64,000 bases of DNA from Syntrophobacterales bacterium (GTDB lineage: Bacteria > Desulfobacterota > Desulfobaccia > Desulfobaccales > 0-14-0-80-60-11): assembly GCA_037388025.1 (NCBI GenBank), contig JARRKO010000009.1, positions 25,647 to 89,646 of the forward strand, given 5' to 3'. Position numbers and translations under genes: made by a program. This document shows positions 1 through 9,620 of the stretch, piece by piece (the stretch's first letter is position 1; every line of letters begins with the position of its first letter). Under the pieces are notes generated by a model. That model did no database searches and was not told where the DNA came from. It saw only the letters and a program-made list of their open reading frames with translations.

Positions 1-1
1 T

Positions 2-754
2 GGCTTTAAGACTCTGCTGTTGGTGTCCGGAGATGCGCCCCGGCTGGTGCCGGTGAGCTACCTGGCCCAGGCCGTGGACATCGCCCGGGACTACTTCCCC
101 TCTGTGGCGGTGGAGGTTTATGCCCTGGAGGAGGACGGCTACCGGGAACTGGTGGAGCACGGTCTGGAGGGCGTCACCCTCTACATGGAGACCTATCACC
201 GCCCCACCTACGCCCAGGTGCATCCCTCCGGCAAGAAACGGGATTACCACTATCGCCTGGGGGCCATCGAGCGGGCCGGCCGGGCCGGGGTGAGGAAGCT
301 CAGCATCGGGGCTCTCTTGGGTCTGGCCGACTGGCGCCTGGATGGTTTCTGGTTGGGCCTGCACGCCAGATATCTCCAGAAAGAATGCTGGCAGAGCGCC
401 ATTGGCATTTCCTTTCCCCGTCTGTTGCATGCCCCACCGCGGCACCCGGTGCATCACCCTTTAAGCGATAAAGACCTGGTCCAACTGATGTTGGCTTTAC
501 GAATTTTTTTGCCGGAGGTGGGATTCAACTTATCCACCCGGGAACCGGCCGCTTTACGGGACCGGTTGATTCCCCTGGGCGTCACCATGATGAGTGCCGG
601 CTCCTCCACACGGCCCGGCGGCTATTCTCATCGCGATGATGACGTCCTGGCCCAGTTCGAGGTGGAAGACCGGCGGAGCCCGGCGGAAGTGGTCGAGGCC
701 ATTCGCCGGGCCGGCTACGATCCGGTGTGGAAAGATTTTGACCTGGCTTTTTGA
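2..754 (+). CDS. thiH: 2-iminoacetate synthase ThiH (radical SAM tyrosine lyase), 5'-truncated at window edge
   Basis: Frame is open from nt 2 (GFKTLLLVSGDAP...). The 244-aa track protein has the ThiH C-terminal core (YMETYH, ISFPRL, LSTRE, MSAGSST) and sits directly upstream of thiS-thiE. Confidence 0.8.
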   Translation, partial: GFKTLLLVSGDAPRLVPVSYLAQAVDIARDYFPSVAVEVYALEEDGYRELVEHGLEGVTLYMETYHRPTYAQVHPSGKKRDYHYRLGAIERAGRAGVRKLSIGALLGLADWRLDGFWLGLHARYLQKECWQSAIGISFPRLLHAPPRHPVHHPLSDKDLVQLMLALRIFLPEVGFNLSTREPAALRDRLIPLGVTMMSAGSSTRPGGYSHRDDDVLAQFEVEDRRSPAEVVEAIRRAGYDPVWKDFDLAF

Positions 755-831
755 AAGGGATAACTTGGGGGAGGGTGGAAACAGGCAAGTTTCTGTCCTC
801 CCCTTGAATTATCAATCATGCCACTGAGGAA

Positions 832-1035
832 ATGGGCCTGAAGATTACGATTAACGGTGAACCACGGGAAGTGGCGAGTGGGACGGTCCTCGATCTCCTG
901 GAAGAACTGCGCCTCCAACCGAAGCGCATGGTGGTGGAGCAAAACGGCGTCATCATCCAGCGCGAGACTTATGGGGAGGCACCACTAGGGGAGGGGGACG
1001 TGCTGGAGTTGGTGCGTATCGTGGGGGGAGGCTGA
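832..1035 (+). CDS. thiS: Thiamine-biosynthesis sulfur carrier protein ThiS
   Basis: 67 aa ending in GG (RIVGGG), ubiquitin-like ThiS length. GAGGAA RBS before the ATG. Stop overlaps the thiE start (ATGA). Confidence 0.85.
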   Translation: MGLKITINGEPREVASGTVLDLLEELRLQPKRMVVEQNGVIIQRETYGEAPLGEGDVLELVRIVGGG

Positions 1036-1694
1036 TGACGCACGAGGAGCGGCTGCGGGTTTTTCAGGAGGCCGATCTTTACGTGGTCATCACCGAAGCC
1101 CTGTGCGCCGGCAGAACCGCCCTGGAAATTTTGGGGATGACCCTCGCGGCCGGTGTACGCCTGGTGCAGCTGCGGGAAAAGGACCTGAACGGTCGCCCTC
1201 TTTATGAGTTGGCCGTGGAGTTCCGGCGTCAGATCGAGGCCGCCGGGGCGTTGCTTATGATTAACGACCGGTTGGACATAGCCTTGGCCGCCGGCGCCGA
1301 CGGCGTGCATTTGGGTCAGGACGACCTGCCTCTCAGCGCGGCCCGGCGCCTGGGGCCGGAGCTGATTATCGGCGCCTCCACCCACTCCCCGGAGGAAGCC
1401 CTGGCCGCCGAGAAAGCGGGAGCCAGTTATGTCAACATCGGTCCCATATTTGCCACCTTAACCAAGGAAGCCGCTACGCCGCTGGGGCCGGAGATGATTG
1501 ACCGGATTGCGCCCCAGCTCCGCATTCCCTGGACCACCATGGGCGGCATCAAGAAAACTAACATTGACCAGGTGGTTTCTCGAGGCGCCAGACATCCGGC
1601 GGTCATCACCGCGGTGACCGCGGCTCCTGATCCCACCGCCGCGGCCCGAGAATTGCGCCGAAAAATTGCCCAAGGTCTTTCGACCCACGGTTAG
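1035..1694 (+). CDS. thiE: Thiamine-phosphate synthase ThiE
   Basis: 219 aa with the ThiE/TMP-TENI pattern (LVQLREKD, INDRLDIALAAGADGVHLGQDD, GASTHS, YVNIGPIF). Confidence 0.85.
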   Translation: MTHEERLRVFQEADLYVVITEALCAGRTALEILGMTLAAGVRLVQLREKDLNGRPLYELAVEFRRQIEAAGALLMINDRLDIALAAGADGVHLGQDDLPLSAARRLGPELIIGASTHSPEEALAAEKAGASYVNIGPIFATLTKEAATPLGPEMIDRIAPQLRIPWTTMGGIKKTNIDQVVSRGARHPAVITAVTAAPDPTAAARELRRKIAQGLSTHG

Positions 1695-1728
1695 ATTTGC
1701 ATAAGATGACATTGGAGATGAAGCCCTC

Positions 1729-3156
1729 ATGGAATATGAAGCGGTTATAGGCCTGGAAGTTCACGCCCAACTCCTCACCCAAAGCAAGATCTTTTGTACC
1801 TGCCCCACCACCTTCGGGGCGTCCCCCAATACCCAGATCTGCCCGGTATGTCTGGGCATGCCGGGAGTGCTGCCGGTGCTCAACCGCCGGGCCGTGGAGT
1901 TCGCCCTCAAAATGGCCCTGGCCACCGATTGCCGCATCGCCCCGGAGTCCGTGTTTGCGCGCAAAAATTACTTTTATCCGGACCTGCCCAAGGGCTACCA
2001 GATTTCCCAGTACGAATTGCCCCTGGCGGAGCACGGCTTCCTGGAAATCCAGGTCAACGGCCAGCGGAAAAAAATCGGCATCACCCGCATCCACCTGGAA
2101 GAGGACGCTGGCAAACTCATCCACAGCGAGTCCCGGCCGGTGAGCTTCGTGGATTTCAATCGCACCGGCGTGCCCCTCATTGAGATCGTCAGCGAACCTG
2201 ACCTGCGCACCCCGGATGAAGCCGTAGAGTATGTCAAAGGCCTGCGCAATATTTTGCTGTATCTGGAGATTTGCGACGGCAACATGGAAGAGGGGTCGCT
2301 GCGGTGTGACGCCAATATTTCCCTCAGGCCCCGGGGTGCGACTGAGCTCAGTACCAAGACTGAACTCAAGAACATGAATTCCTTCCGCTTTGTGCGCCAG
2401 GCCCTGGAGTATGAAATCCGCCGGCAACGGGCCCTGCTATCCGAAGGCCGGCAGATCATCCAGGAAACCCGCCTGTGGGACGACCACCAGGGCCAGACCA
2501 TTTCCATGCGGGGCAAGGAAGAGGCCCATGACTACCGCTATTTTCCGGACCCCGACCTGATGCCGGTGAGGATCGAGCCGGAGTGGCTGGAGGAGTTGCG
2601 CCGCAGCCTGCCGGAACTCCCCACCGCCCGGGCCGAGCGCTTTCAAACCGAGTACGGTCTGCCGGCCTACGACGCCGAGGTGCTCACCGGCGACAAGGCC
2701 CTGGCCGACTATTTCGAGGAGTGCCTTAAGGAGTTCCCCCAGGCCAAACAGGTGAGCAACTGGATCATGTCCGAAGTTATGCGGGAGCTGAAAAAGCAGG
2801 AAGCGGGCATCTCCGCCCTCAAGGTCAGCCCCCGCCAGCTGGGGCATCTCCTGGCCCTGGTGGATCAGGGCACCATCAGCGGCAAGATCGCCAAAGCGGT
2901 CTTTGAGGAGATGATCCACACCGGCCGGGACCCCGAGACCATCATCCAGGAAAAGGGGCTGGCCCAGATCAGCGACGCTGGGGAGTTGGAGACCCAGGCC
3001 CGGGAAATCCTGGCGGCCCACCCCAAGGAAGTGGCGGACTATCAGGCCGGCAAGACCAAAGTCCTGGGCTTTTTCGTGGGCCAATTGATGCGGCAGACCA
3101 AAGGCCAGGCCAATCCCCAGTTGGCCAACGAAATCTTTCGTAAATTGCTGTCGTAA
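1729..3156 (+). CDS. gatB: Asp-tRNA(Asn)/Glu-tRNA(Gln) amidotransferase subunit B
   Basis: 475 aa. Canonical GatB N-terminus ([42 protein letters not shown]) and a YqeY-like C-terminal tail. Confidence 0.95.
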   Translation: MEYEAVIGLEVHAQLLTQSKIFCTCPTTFGASPNTQICPVCLGMPGVLPVLNRRAVEFALKMALATDCRIAPESVFARKNYFYPDLPKGYQISQYELPLAEHGFLEIQVNGQRKKIGITRIHLEEDAGKLIHSESRPVSFVDFNRTGVPLIEIVSEPDLRTPDEAVEYVKGLRNILLYLEICDGNMEEGSLRCDANISLRPRGATELSTKTELKNMNSFRFVRQALEYEIRRQRALLSEGRQIIQETRLWDDHQGQTISMRGKEEAHDYRYFPDPDLMPVRIEPEWLEELRRSLPELPTARAERFQTEYGLPAYDAEVLTGDKALADYFEECLKEFPQAKQVSNWIMSEVMRELKKQEAGISALKVSPRQLGHLLALVDQGTISGKIAKAVFEEMIHTGRDPETIIQEKGLAQISDAGELETQAREILAAHPKEVADYQAGKTKVLGFFVGQLMRQTKGQANPQLANEIFRKLLS

Positions 3157-3185
3157 AACTTGGGCCCGCGGTTTTGAAAGTATAA

Positions 3186-3490
3186 GCTCAATGTAGCCGC
3201 AGGCTTCAGCCTGCGTCCGCACAGGTTGAAAACCTGTGCCACCAAAACTTTACATCCTGATATTAATCTAACCGGACGACACAGGGTTTTTGGTCCGCAA
3301 AATTTCGGTGGGCAGTGCCCACCCTACATCTTCTGGTCGGGAGAACAGGCATCTTGCATGTTTTGTTCACAGGCTGGAAGCCTGTGCTCCCGCTTTATTG
3401 TGAGAGCTGCCGTGCCAGTAGCCCAGGCTTCATACCCTGTAATCGATGCAAGAGGCGGGATGCGCTTCACTTTCCCGCCCTACGCACTAC
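3186..3490. repeat. Cluster of GC-rich hairpin modules with GTAG/CTAC heads (REP-like)
   Basis: Hairpins include gcaggcttcagcctgc, gcacaggttgaaaacctgtgccacc (3219-3243), ggtgggcagtgcccaccctaca (3308-3329), cacaggctggaagcctgtgctcccgc (3368-3393) and ggcgggatgcgc..tcccgccctacg. The same modules recur in other intergenic regions of the window. Confidence 0.7.
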
Positions 3491-3591
3491 GCACACTGTA
3501 AGAGAGGTTTAACAAGAGGGGGCCAGGGTTGGCGACACCTGCCCCCTCTCGCCTAACAACAATTTTTGTTACTTCACACCGGAGAAACCAT

Positions 3592-4641
3592 ATGATCCCC
3601 TATTGCAGTATCTGTTGGGAGGACAACAAGGTGCGCCTCCTGGACCAGCGTCTTTTGCCCCGGGAAGAGCATTACTTGGAAACCACGGACTACCGGGACG
3701 TCATCGAGGCCATCCGCACCCTGGCTATTAGGGGAGCCCCGGCCATCGGGGTGGCCGCGGCCATGGCCGCGGCCCTGGGGGCCCTGGCGTTAACCACCGA
3801 GGACCCCAGAGAATTCCAAATTCAGTTCACCTATATCTGCCGGGAAATCGCCGCGGCCCGACCTACGGCAGTGAACCTCTTCTGGGCCTTGGACCGCATG
3901 CAGCACGTGGTTCAAGAACACGCTGCCGAACCCGTGGCGGAGCTGAAAAAGCGGCTGGTGGCGGAAGCCCAAACCATGCTCAAGGAGGACGACACCACCA
4001 ACCGGCACCTGGCCCACCACGGCCAAATGGTCATCCATGAAGGCAACCGGGTGCTGACGCACTGCAACACTGGGGCCCTGGCCACCGGGGCCTATGGCAC
4101 CGCGCTGGGGGTGATGCGAGCGGCCTGGGAAGCGGGCAAGCGCTTTTCAGTGTGGGTGGATGAAACCCGGCCCCTCCTGCAGGGAGCCCGCCTTACCACC
4201 TGGGAATTGGGGAAGTTGGGCATCCCCTACACCCTGATCCCGGACGGTGCCGCGGCCACCCTGATGCATCAGGGCCGGGTGGATCTGATCATCGTGGGCG
4301 CCGACCGCATTGCCGGGAACGGCGATACCGCCAATAAAATCGGTACCTACAGCGTGGCGGTGCTGGCCCGGCACCACGGCATCCCCTTTTATGTGGCCGC
4401 GCCCCTGTCCACCTTTGATTTCACCCTGACCGACGGCAGCCAAATTCCCGTGGAAGAGCGGAACCCGGAGGAAGTGACCGGGCTTTATGGGCAAAAGGTG
4501 GCGCCCCAGGAGGCCCCAGCCCTGAATCTGGCCTTTGACGTCACTCCCAACGAACTCATAGCAGGGATCATCACGGAAAAGGGGATCGCCCAGCCCCCTT
4601 ACGCCACCAGTCTCAAACCCTGGAAGCGAAAAGCGGAGTAG
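3592..4641 (+). CDS. mtnA: S-methyl-5-thioribose-1-phosphate isomerase (eIF-2B-like)
   Basis: MtnA pattern: LLDQRLLP, IRGAPAIGVAAA, THCNTGALAT, GADRIAGNGDTANKIGTY. Start moved to ATG 3592, which has GGAG 7 nt upstream; the track ORF starts at 3529. Confidence 0.85.
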   Translation: MIPYCSICWEDNKVRLLDQRLLPREEHYLETTDYRDVIEAIRTLAIRGAPAIGVAAAMAAALGALALTTEDPREFQIQFTYICREIAAARPTAVNLFWALDRMQHVVQEHAAEPVAELKKRLVAEAQTMLKEDDTTNRHLAHHGQMVIHEGNRVLTHCNTGALATGAYGTALGVMRAAWEAGKRFSVWVDETRPLLQGARLTTWELGKLGIPYTLIPDGAAATLMHQGRVDLIIVGADRIAGNGDTANKIGTYSVAVLARHHGIPFYVAAPLSTFDFTLTDGSQIPVEERNPEEVTGLYGQKVAPQEAPALNLAFDVTPNELIAGIITEKGIAQPPYATSLKPWKRKAE

Positions 4642-4644
4642 CCT

Positions 4645-5577
4645 ATGCGAATCATTGCCCTAATTCTGGCCTTGCTGTTGATGGCAGCTGCGGCTGTGCC
4701 GGCGTTGGCCGCCGGCCCCTATCATGTAAAGTTTCCCACGACTAAAACCGGCATCGACCCGTCGGCAGTGACTGTGGTGGGCGCGCTGCAGCACTATGTC
4801 ATCCAAAAAGGAGATGACCTTCTGGAAATCGCCCGCGATTACGGCTTGGGCTACAACTCCATCGGGGTGATGCACCGGGATTGGGACCCCTTCATCCCGC
4901 CGGTGGGCACCGAAATCGTCATTCCCACCCTGTGGATCGTGCCGAACCCCGAGGGTCGCCAACTCATCGTCAATACCGGGGCCATGCGCCTCTATTACTT
5001 CGTGAAAAACGGCACCGAGGTATACACCTTTCCCATCGGCATGGGCGTTCTGGACTTCAAGACCCCTTCCGGCGATTTCAAGGTGGTGGGGAAAAAGGTG
5101 AAGCCCGCCTGGCATATCCCCAAAGCTCTACGAGGTAAGTATGGCATGGCGGTTATGCCTGCGGGACCGGACAACCCCTTAGGAGACTATAAACTCACCT
5201 TGTCCTGGGGAGACTATGGCATTCACGGGACATCCATGCCCTGGGGGGTAGGCCGCCTGGTGAGCCATGGCTGCACCCGCATGTATCCCGAACATATCAA
5301 GAAACTTTTCCCCCTGGTGCCGGTGGGGACCACGGTGGAATATACCTATGAACCGGCCCTGGTGGGTTTCCGGGACGGGCGGATCTATCTCTCGGTGCAC
5401 GAGGATTATTATTACCGGATTCGCTCCATGATCTTTCATGTCCTGAGCCTGCTGGAAAGCCGCGGACTGACGGGTCTGGTAAATATGCAACGGGTCATGC
5501 AGACCGTGGAGGAACGAACCGGCATGCCCATAGACATCAGCCGGGGGGAGGGCGAGGGCATGATGAGCCGACGCTAA
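4645..5577 (+). CDS. L,D-transpeptidase (YkuD domain) with LysM domain, secreted
   Basis: Signal peptide (LLMAAAAVPALAA), a LysM-like segment (YVIQKGDDLLEIARDYG) and the YkuD catalytic motif (HGTSMPWGVGRLVSHGCTRM). Confidence 0.85.
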   Translation: MRIIALILALLLMAAAAVPALAAGPYHVKFPTTKTGIDPSAVTVVGALQHYVIQKGDDLLEIARDYGLGYNSIGVMHRDWDPFIPPVGTEIVIPTLWIVPNPEGRQLIVNTGAMRLYYFVKNGTEVYTFPIGMGVLDFKTPSGDFKVVGKKVKPAWHIPKALRGKYGMAVMPAGPDNPLGDYKLTLSWGDYGIHGTSMPWGVGRLVSHGCTRMYPEHIKKLFPLVPVGTTVEYTYEPALVGFRDGRIYLSVHEDYYYRIRSMIFHVLSLLESRGLTGLVNMQRVMQTVEERTGMPIDISRGEGEGMMSRR

Positions 5578-5581
5578 AAAA

Positions 5582-5625
5582 CCAGAGGGTGTGGCAAACT
5601 AATATTAGCTTACCACACCCTCTGG
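5582..5625. terminator. Bidirectional intrinsic terminator between convergent genes
   Basis: Perfect 13-bp stem ccagagggtgtgg (5582-5594) / ccacaccctctgg (5613-5625), flanked by A-runs on both sides. Confidence 0.6.
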
Positions 5626-5663
5626 CAAAAAGCGCGCTCGGGCTTAAGCCCAAATTAACGTTG

Positions 5664-5960
5664 CTATCTTCTTTTAACCATCGCGCAAACCTTAGCGGCC
5701 GCGTCTTCTGCCCGGGCAGCCGCAGCTTCAGCCTTGTTAGCCGCAGCGGCAGCTCTCGGAACAGGTACCTTGGCGTCTTGGGCAGCTGCATCCGCCTTAA
5801 TGGCAGAGGCTTGTGCCCGTTCGAAAGAGGCTTTGGATTGATTCTTGTACAGGTTGCACTGATCAATCCACTTTTGGCAGCAGCCAGTGCCTCCCAGCAC
5901 CAGGGCAAAGACCGCGAGGAGCGCGATTGCAAAGCCTTTTTTCATTAACGGCTTCCTCAT
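5664..5960 (-). CDS. Alanine-rich coiled-coil lipoprotein (Braun lipoprotein/Lpp-like), paralog 1
   Basis: 98 aa. Signal peptide plus lipobox (LVLGGTGC), then an Ala/Lys/Glu/Asp heptad-like region. Basic C-terminus (MVKRR). Confidence 0.6.
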   Translation of the reverse strand: MRKPLMKKGFAIALLAVFALVLGGTGCCQKWIDQCNLYKNQSKASFERAQASAIKADAAAQDAKVPVPRAAAAANKAEAAAARAEDAAAKVCAMVKRR

Positions 5961-6019
5961 CGATTACCCCCTTTCAGAGAGAGATTTGGATCTCTGCTCT
6001 ATTCTTTGGCTCCAGGTGC

Positions 6020-6313
6020 TTACTTCCGCATTTTCTTCATCAAGCAGGCTTCGGCCTTAGCCGCCGCCGCTTCAGCCCGATCAGCCGCCGCTTCAGCCTT
6101 GTCAGCCGAAGCTTTAGCATCCGCAGCTGCCATCTCCGCGTTCCGCGCCGCCTGGTCGGCCTTGGCAGCCGCAGCAGCTGCCTGGTCGGCGAAGGATTTA
6201 GCCTCTTCCGCGTACTTCTTGCAGGTGCCGCAGCAGCCTGCTCCCAAGGCGATCACAAACGCCAAGAGAATCGCCAGAGCAAAACCCTTCTTTACCAAAG
6301 CTTTCCTCATCAT
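6020..6313 (-). CDS. Alanine-rich coiled-coil lipoprotein (Braun lipoprotein/Lpp-like), paralog 2
   Basis: 97 aa. Lipobox (IALGAGC) and an Ala-zipper-like repeat (AKADQAARNAEMAAADAKASADKAEAAADRAEAAAAKAE). C-terminal ...MRK, as in the E. coli Lpp YRK end. Confidence 0.6.
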   Translation of the reverse strand: MMRKALVKKGFALAILLAFVIALGAGCCGTCKKYAEEAKSFADQAAAAAAKADQAARNAEMAAADAKASADKAEAAADRAEAAAAKAEACLMKKMRK

Positions 6314-6399
6314 TTATCCCCCCTTTTCGTAAGGAATGGTTTAAGGGTTCATAAAGCTGCACTAATTTAATATCACGGGAACCAAAATATCAAGAAAAA

Positions 6400-9024
6400 T
6401 TATAGCCTCCCACTTAGGTCGATAACCAGAGGAATTTTAAGACTTACCACTCCTTCCATGACCTGCCGCACCACTTTGGTAGTGGCGTCCAGTTCTTTCT
6501 GGGGTAACTCTAACAATAATTCATCATGAATTTGGAGGAGCATTCGAGCAGACAGGCCGGCCTGGGATAATGCTTCCTCCACTTCCAACATGGCCTTCTT
6601 AATAATGTCCGCGGCTGAACCCTGCAAGGGAGTGTTTACCGCGCTCCTCTCCGCCTCCTGGCGCACCAGCCGGTTGCTGCTGTTAATTTGGGGAAAGTGA
6701 CGGCGGCGACCCAACAAGGTGGTGACCCACCCCCGCTGCCGGGCCTCCTCCAGGGTGTTATCCAGGTAGGCTTTGACCTGGGGATGGCGGGCAAAGTAGC
6801 GCTGGATGAATTCTTGGGAGAGGCGGTTGCCGACTCCCAACTGTTTGGCCAGGCCAAAGGCGCTCATGCCGTAAATAATACCGAAATTGATGACCTTGGC
6901 CTGGCGCCGCATGTCCGGGGAGACCAATTCCGGATGGATGTTAAAAACCGCGGCCGCGGTCTGCCGGTGAATGTCCATGCCCTCCTGGAAGGCCTGCAGG
7001 AGAACTGCATCTTTGGAAAAGTGGGCCAACAGCCGCAACTCCATCTGGGAATAGTCGGCGCTCAGAAAAATGTGTCCCGGGTCGGCTACGAAGGCCTGGC
7101 GCAGCTGCGCCCCCATTTCGCCCCGGATGGGAATGTTTTGAAGGTTGGGGTCCCGGCTGGACAGGCGGCCGGTGGCCGCGGCGGATTGGACAAAGGTGGT
7201 GTGCACCCGTCTGGTGGCCGGATTGATCAGTTTCAGCAGCGCATCCACATAGGTGGCTTTGAGCTTGCCTAAACTGCGGTAGGAGATCACCTTGGCGGCG
7301 ATGGGGGCTTCCTCGGACAGGCTTTGCAAGACCTCCATGTCCGTGGAATAAGCGGTCTTGCCCTTGGTTTTCTTCTGGGGGGTTAGTTTGAGTTTGTCAA
7401 AGAGGATGCGGCCCAGCTGCTGGGGCGATTGAATGAGAAAGGTCTCCCCGGCCTCGGCGTAAATCTCTTGTTCCAGGCGCTGCATTTCGCTTTCCAGTTC
7501 CTGGCCGAAGTGGGTTAGAAAATCTCGGTCCACTCCGATGCCCCGGGCCTCCATGTGGGCCAGCACCGCCAGCAAAGGCAATTCCAGGTCCTCATAGAGG
7601 GGGCTGAGCCCTTCCTGGACCAGTTCCTCCTCGAGGCGGGGCCAGACCTCCAGGATGGCGGCAGCCCGCTGACAGGCATACTGAACCGCCAGGTCCTGGG
7701 GGAGAGCCGGGGGGGCCGTAGGTCGGCCGGCCAGTTCCCGGGAGCCGGGAAGGTTCACCTCCAGGTAGTGCAGGGCCACGTTTTCCAGGGTTTGATCATA
7801 CCGGGCCGGATTGAGGAGATAAGAGGCCAACAAAATGTCCCCTCGGGCCCCGGCCAGTTTCTGACCGAAACGACTGCAAACCTGGAGCGCGGCCTTTAAA
7901 TCGGAGCCCACCTTCATAATGTCGGGGTTCTGGAGCATTGGCGCTAGGGCCTGCCAGATCAGGTCGGGCTTCAGCTCGCCGTCAATGGGGAGATAGGCCC
8001 CGACCCCCGGCGCCCAGGCCAAGGCCAGTCCGGCCACCGGCGCCATGACGGGGTGTTGCTCGCCCAGGAGGAAAAACAGGCTCACAGCCTCGGCGTCCTG
8101 CACGGCCGCGGCCACCTGTTCCAGAGCCGTCTGGTCTTGAACGAGCTGAAAATCTCCGGGCGGGGGCGCATCGAAGCCCAGTTCCTGGGTGAATTTGGTA
8201 AATTCGAGCTCCTGGAACAGGGGGCGCAGGGCCTCCCGGTCCCACGGGCCGGGGCGCAGGTCCTCCAGGTCTACCTGGAGAGGTACCTCATCCTCCAGCA
8301 GCACCAGCCGGTGGCTGAGGCGGGCCTGCTCGGCATGTTCGGCCAGCTTGCTGCGCACCCCTTTTTCTTTAATATCCTCTAGATGAGACAAAAGATTATC
8401 CACGCTGTGGAACCGGGCGATGAGCTTGAGCGCGGTCTTCTCCCCGATACCCGGCACTCCGGGGATATTGTCGCTGGCGTCGCCGGCCAGGGCCTTGACC
8501 TCCACCAATTCCTCCGGGGAAACGCCATATTTTTCCCTGATGGTGGCCGGGTCAAAGCGCACGTCCTTCATGGGGTCCCACATGGCGACCCCCTCCTGGA
8601 CCAGAGGCAGGAGGTCTTTGTCCCCCGACAGGATCACCACTTCAAAGCCCTGGGCGCGAGCCTGCCGCACCAGGGTGGCGATTAGGTCGTCGGCTTCGAA
8701 CCCCTCCATGGCCAGTTGGGGCAGGTTTAAGCCCTGGGTGATTTTCTGGATGTAAGGGAGCTGCAGACCCAGCTCCTCGGGCATGGGGGGCCGGTGGACC
8801 TTGTACTCCGGATACTCCCGGTGTCGGAAGGTGGGGGCCTTGGAGTCGAAAGCCAGGGCCAGATATTGCGGCTGGCGCTCTCGGAGGACCTTGAGGAGCA
8901 TATTGGTGACCCCGAACGCGGCATTGGTGGGAAAGCCCTGGGACGTGGCCAGGCCCCGGATGGCGTGGAAGGCCCGGTAGATGTAGGAACTGAAGTCCAG
9001 GAGATAGAGAACCCTGGAGGGCAT
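6400..9024 (-). CDS. polA: DNA polymerase I
   Basis: 5'-nuclease N-terminus (LLDFSSYIYRAFHA), a 3'-5' exonuclease-like middle, and polymerase motifs (ADYSQMELRLLAH, QIHDELLLE). Start set to ATG 9024 with AGGAGG 10 nt upstream. Confidence 0.95.
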   Translation of the reverse strand: MPSRVLYLLDFSSYIYRAFHAIRGLATSQGFPTNAAFGVTNMLLKVLRERQPQYLALAFDSKAPTFRHREYPEYKVHRPPMPEELGLQLPYIQKITQGLNLPQLAMEGFEADDLIATLVRQARAQGFEVVILSGDKDLLPLVQEGVAMWDPMKDVRFDPATIREKYGVSPEELVEVKALAGDASDNIPGVPGIGEKTALKLIARFHSVDNLLSHLEDIKEKGVRSKLAEHAEQARLSHRLVLLEDEVPLQVDLEDLRPGPWDREALRPLFQELEFTKFTQELGFDAPPPGDFQLVQDQTALEQVAAAVQDAEAVSLFFLLGEQHPVMAPVAGLALAWAPGVGAYLPIDGELKPDLIWQALAPMLQNPDIMKVGSDLKAALQVCSRFGQKLAGARGDILLASYLLNPARYDQTLENVALHYLEVNLPGSRELAGRPTAPPALPQDLAVQYACQRAAAILEVWPRLEEELVQEGLSPLYEDLELPLLAVLAHMEARGIGVDRDFLTHFGQELESEMQRLEQEIYAEAGETFLIQSPQQLGRILFDKLKLTPQKKTKGKTAYSTDMEVLQSLSEEAPIAAKVISYRSLGKLKATYVDALLKLINPATRRVHTTFVQSAAATGRLSSRDPNLQNIPIRGEMGAQLRQAFVADPGHIFLSADYSQMELRLLAHFSKDAVLLQAFQEGMDIHRQTAAAVFNIHPELVSPDMRRQAKVINFGIIYGMSAFGLAKQLGVGNRLSQEFIQRYFARHPQVKAYLDNTLEEARQRGWVTTLLGRRRHFPQINSSNRLVRQEAERSAVNTPLQGSAADIIKKAMLEVEEALSQAGLSARMLLQIHDELLLELPQKELDATTKVVRQVMEGVVSLKIPLVIDLSGRL

Positions 9025-9126
9025 AAAGCTCAATCCTCCTGGTCCCTTATATCCGCTCCGCCGGGAAGGTGTCAAGGGGAGGGCTCGAATGAGGGTTGTG
9101 CAAATACTATTTGGAAAAGGGGGGTT

Positions 9127-9251
9127 CCCAAGGGCTGGAAGCCCGTGCTACCGGGGTCGCGGACCCCCGCCCCCTCTCCCCTAACCCCTTACATAAAACG
9201 GGAGCACAGGCTTCCAGCCTGTGCAGGAACAGGCAGGATATCTGTTCTCCC
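9127..9251. repeat. REP-like hairpin modules
   Basis: agggctggaagcccgtgct, then cgggagcacaggcttccagcctgtg...ctgttctccc (9199-9251). The latter is the reverse-oriented relative of 3339-3393. Confidence 0.65.
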
Positions 9252-9620
9252 GGTAAAAGACATGGTGGGATTAATTTAAAGGATGCGATAGGGCCCAGGT
9301 CCCTTGGCTAGTTCTTCATGATTGTCGCCAAGGCTGCCAAAGGGAGTTCGGGGGAGGGGACAAGAGGAGGGTTCTTGAGACCTCCCCGAACTCTGGTTAG
9401 GGGGTTAGGAGGGCGGGTGAAGAAAACTCAGTGAAAGGTGTCCCAGTGCTGGCAATTCGTGGTCTTACGCACCTCCTTTGAAAGGGAGAGCAGGTGCCTG
9501 TTCCTTCTCAGACTGGCAACCTGCCTCCCGCTTCATCTTAGGGGTTGAAGGAGAGGGTTGAGAGTAAGGCCAGGAGCCCGCCACCCCTGGACTCCTCTCA
9601 AAAAATTCTTACACCATACC

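Noticed and set aside
755-831. TPP riboswitch between thiH and thiS
   Set aside because: The 77-nt gap lacks the THI-box (ctgaga...acccg-type core). Any thi riboswitch would lie upstream of the operon, outside the window.
5589-6370. Plus-strand ORFs (5589..5948, 5813..6370, 6006..6332) overlapping the Lpp-like genes, also Ala/Ser-rich
   Set aside because: GCN-rich repeats read open on both strands. Only the minus-strand frames have signal peptides, lipoboxes and sensible starts.
9300-9620. Possible small RNA or tRNA in the long polA / M48 intergenic region
   Set aside because: Only imperfect hairpins are present (for example gagttcgggggagg / cctccccgaactc). There is no cloverleaf, no promoter-terminator pair and no conserved RNA motif that I recognise.
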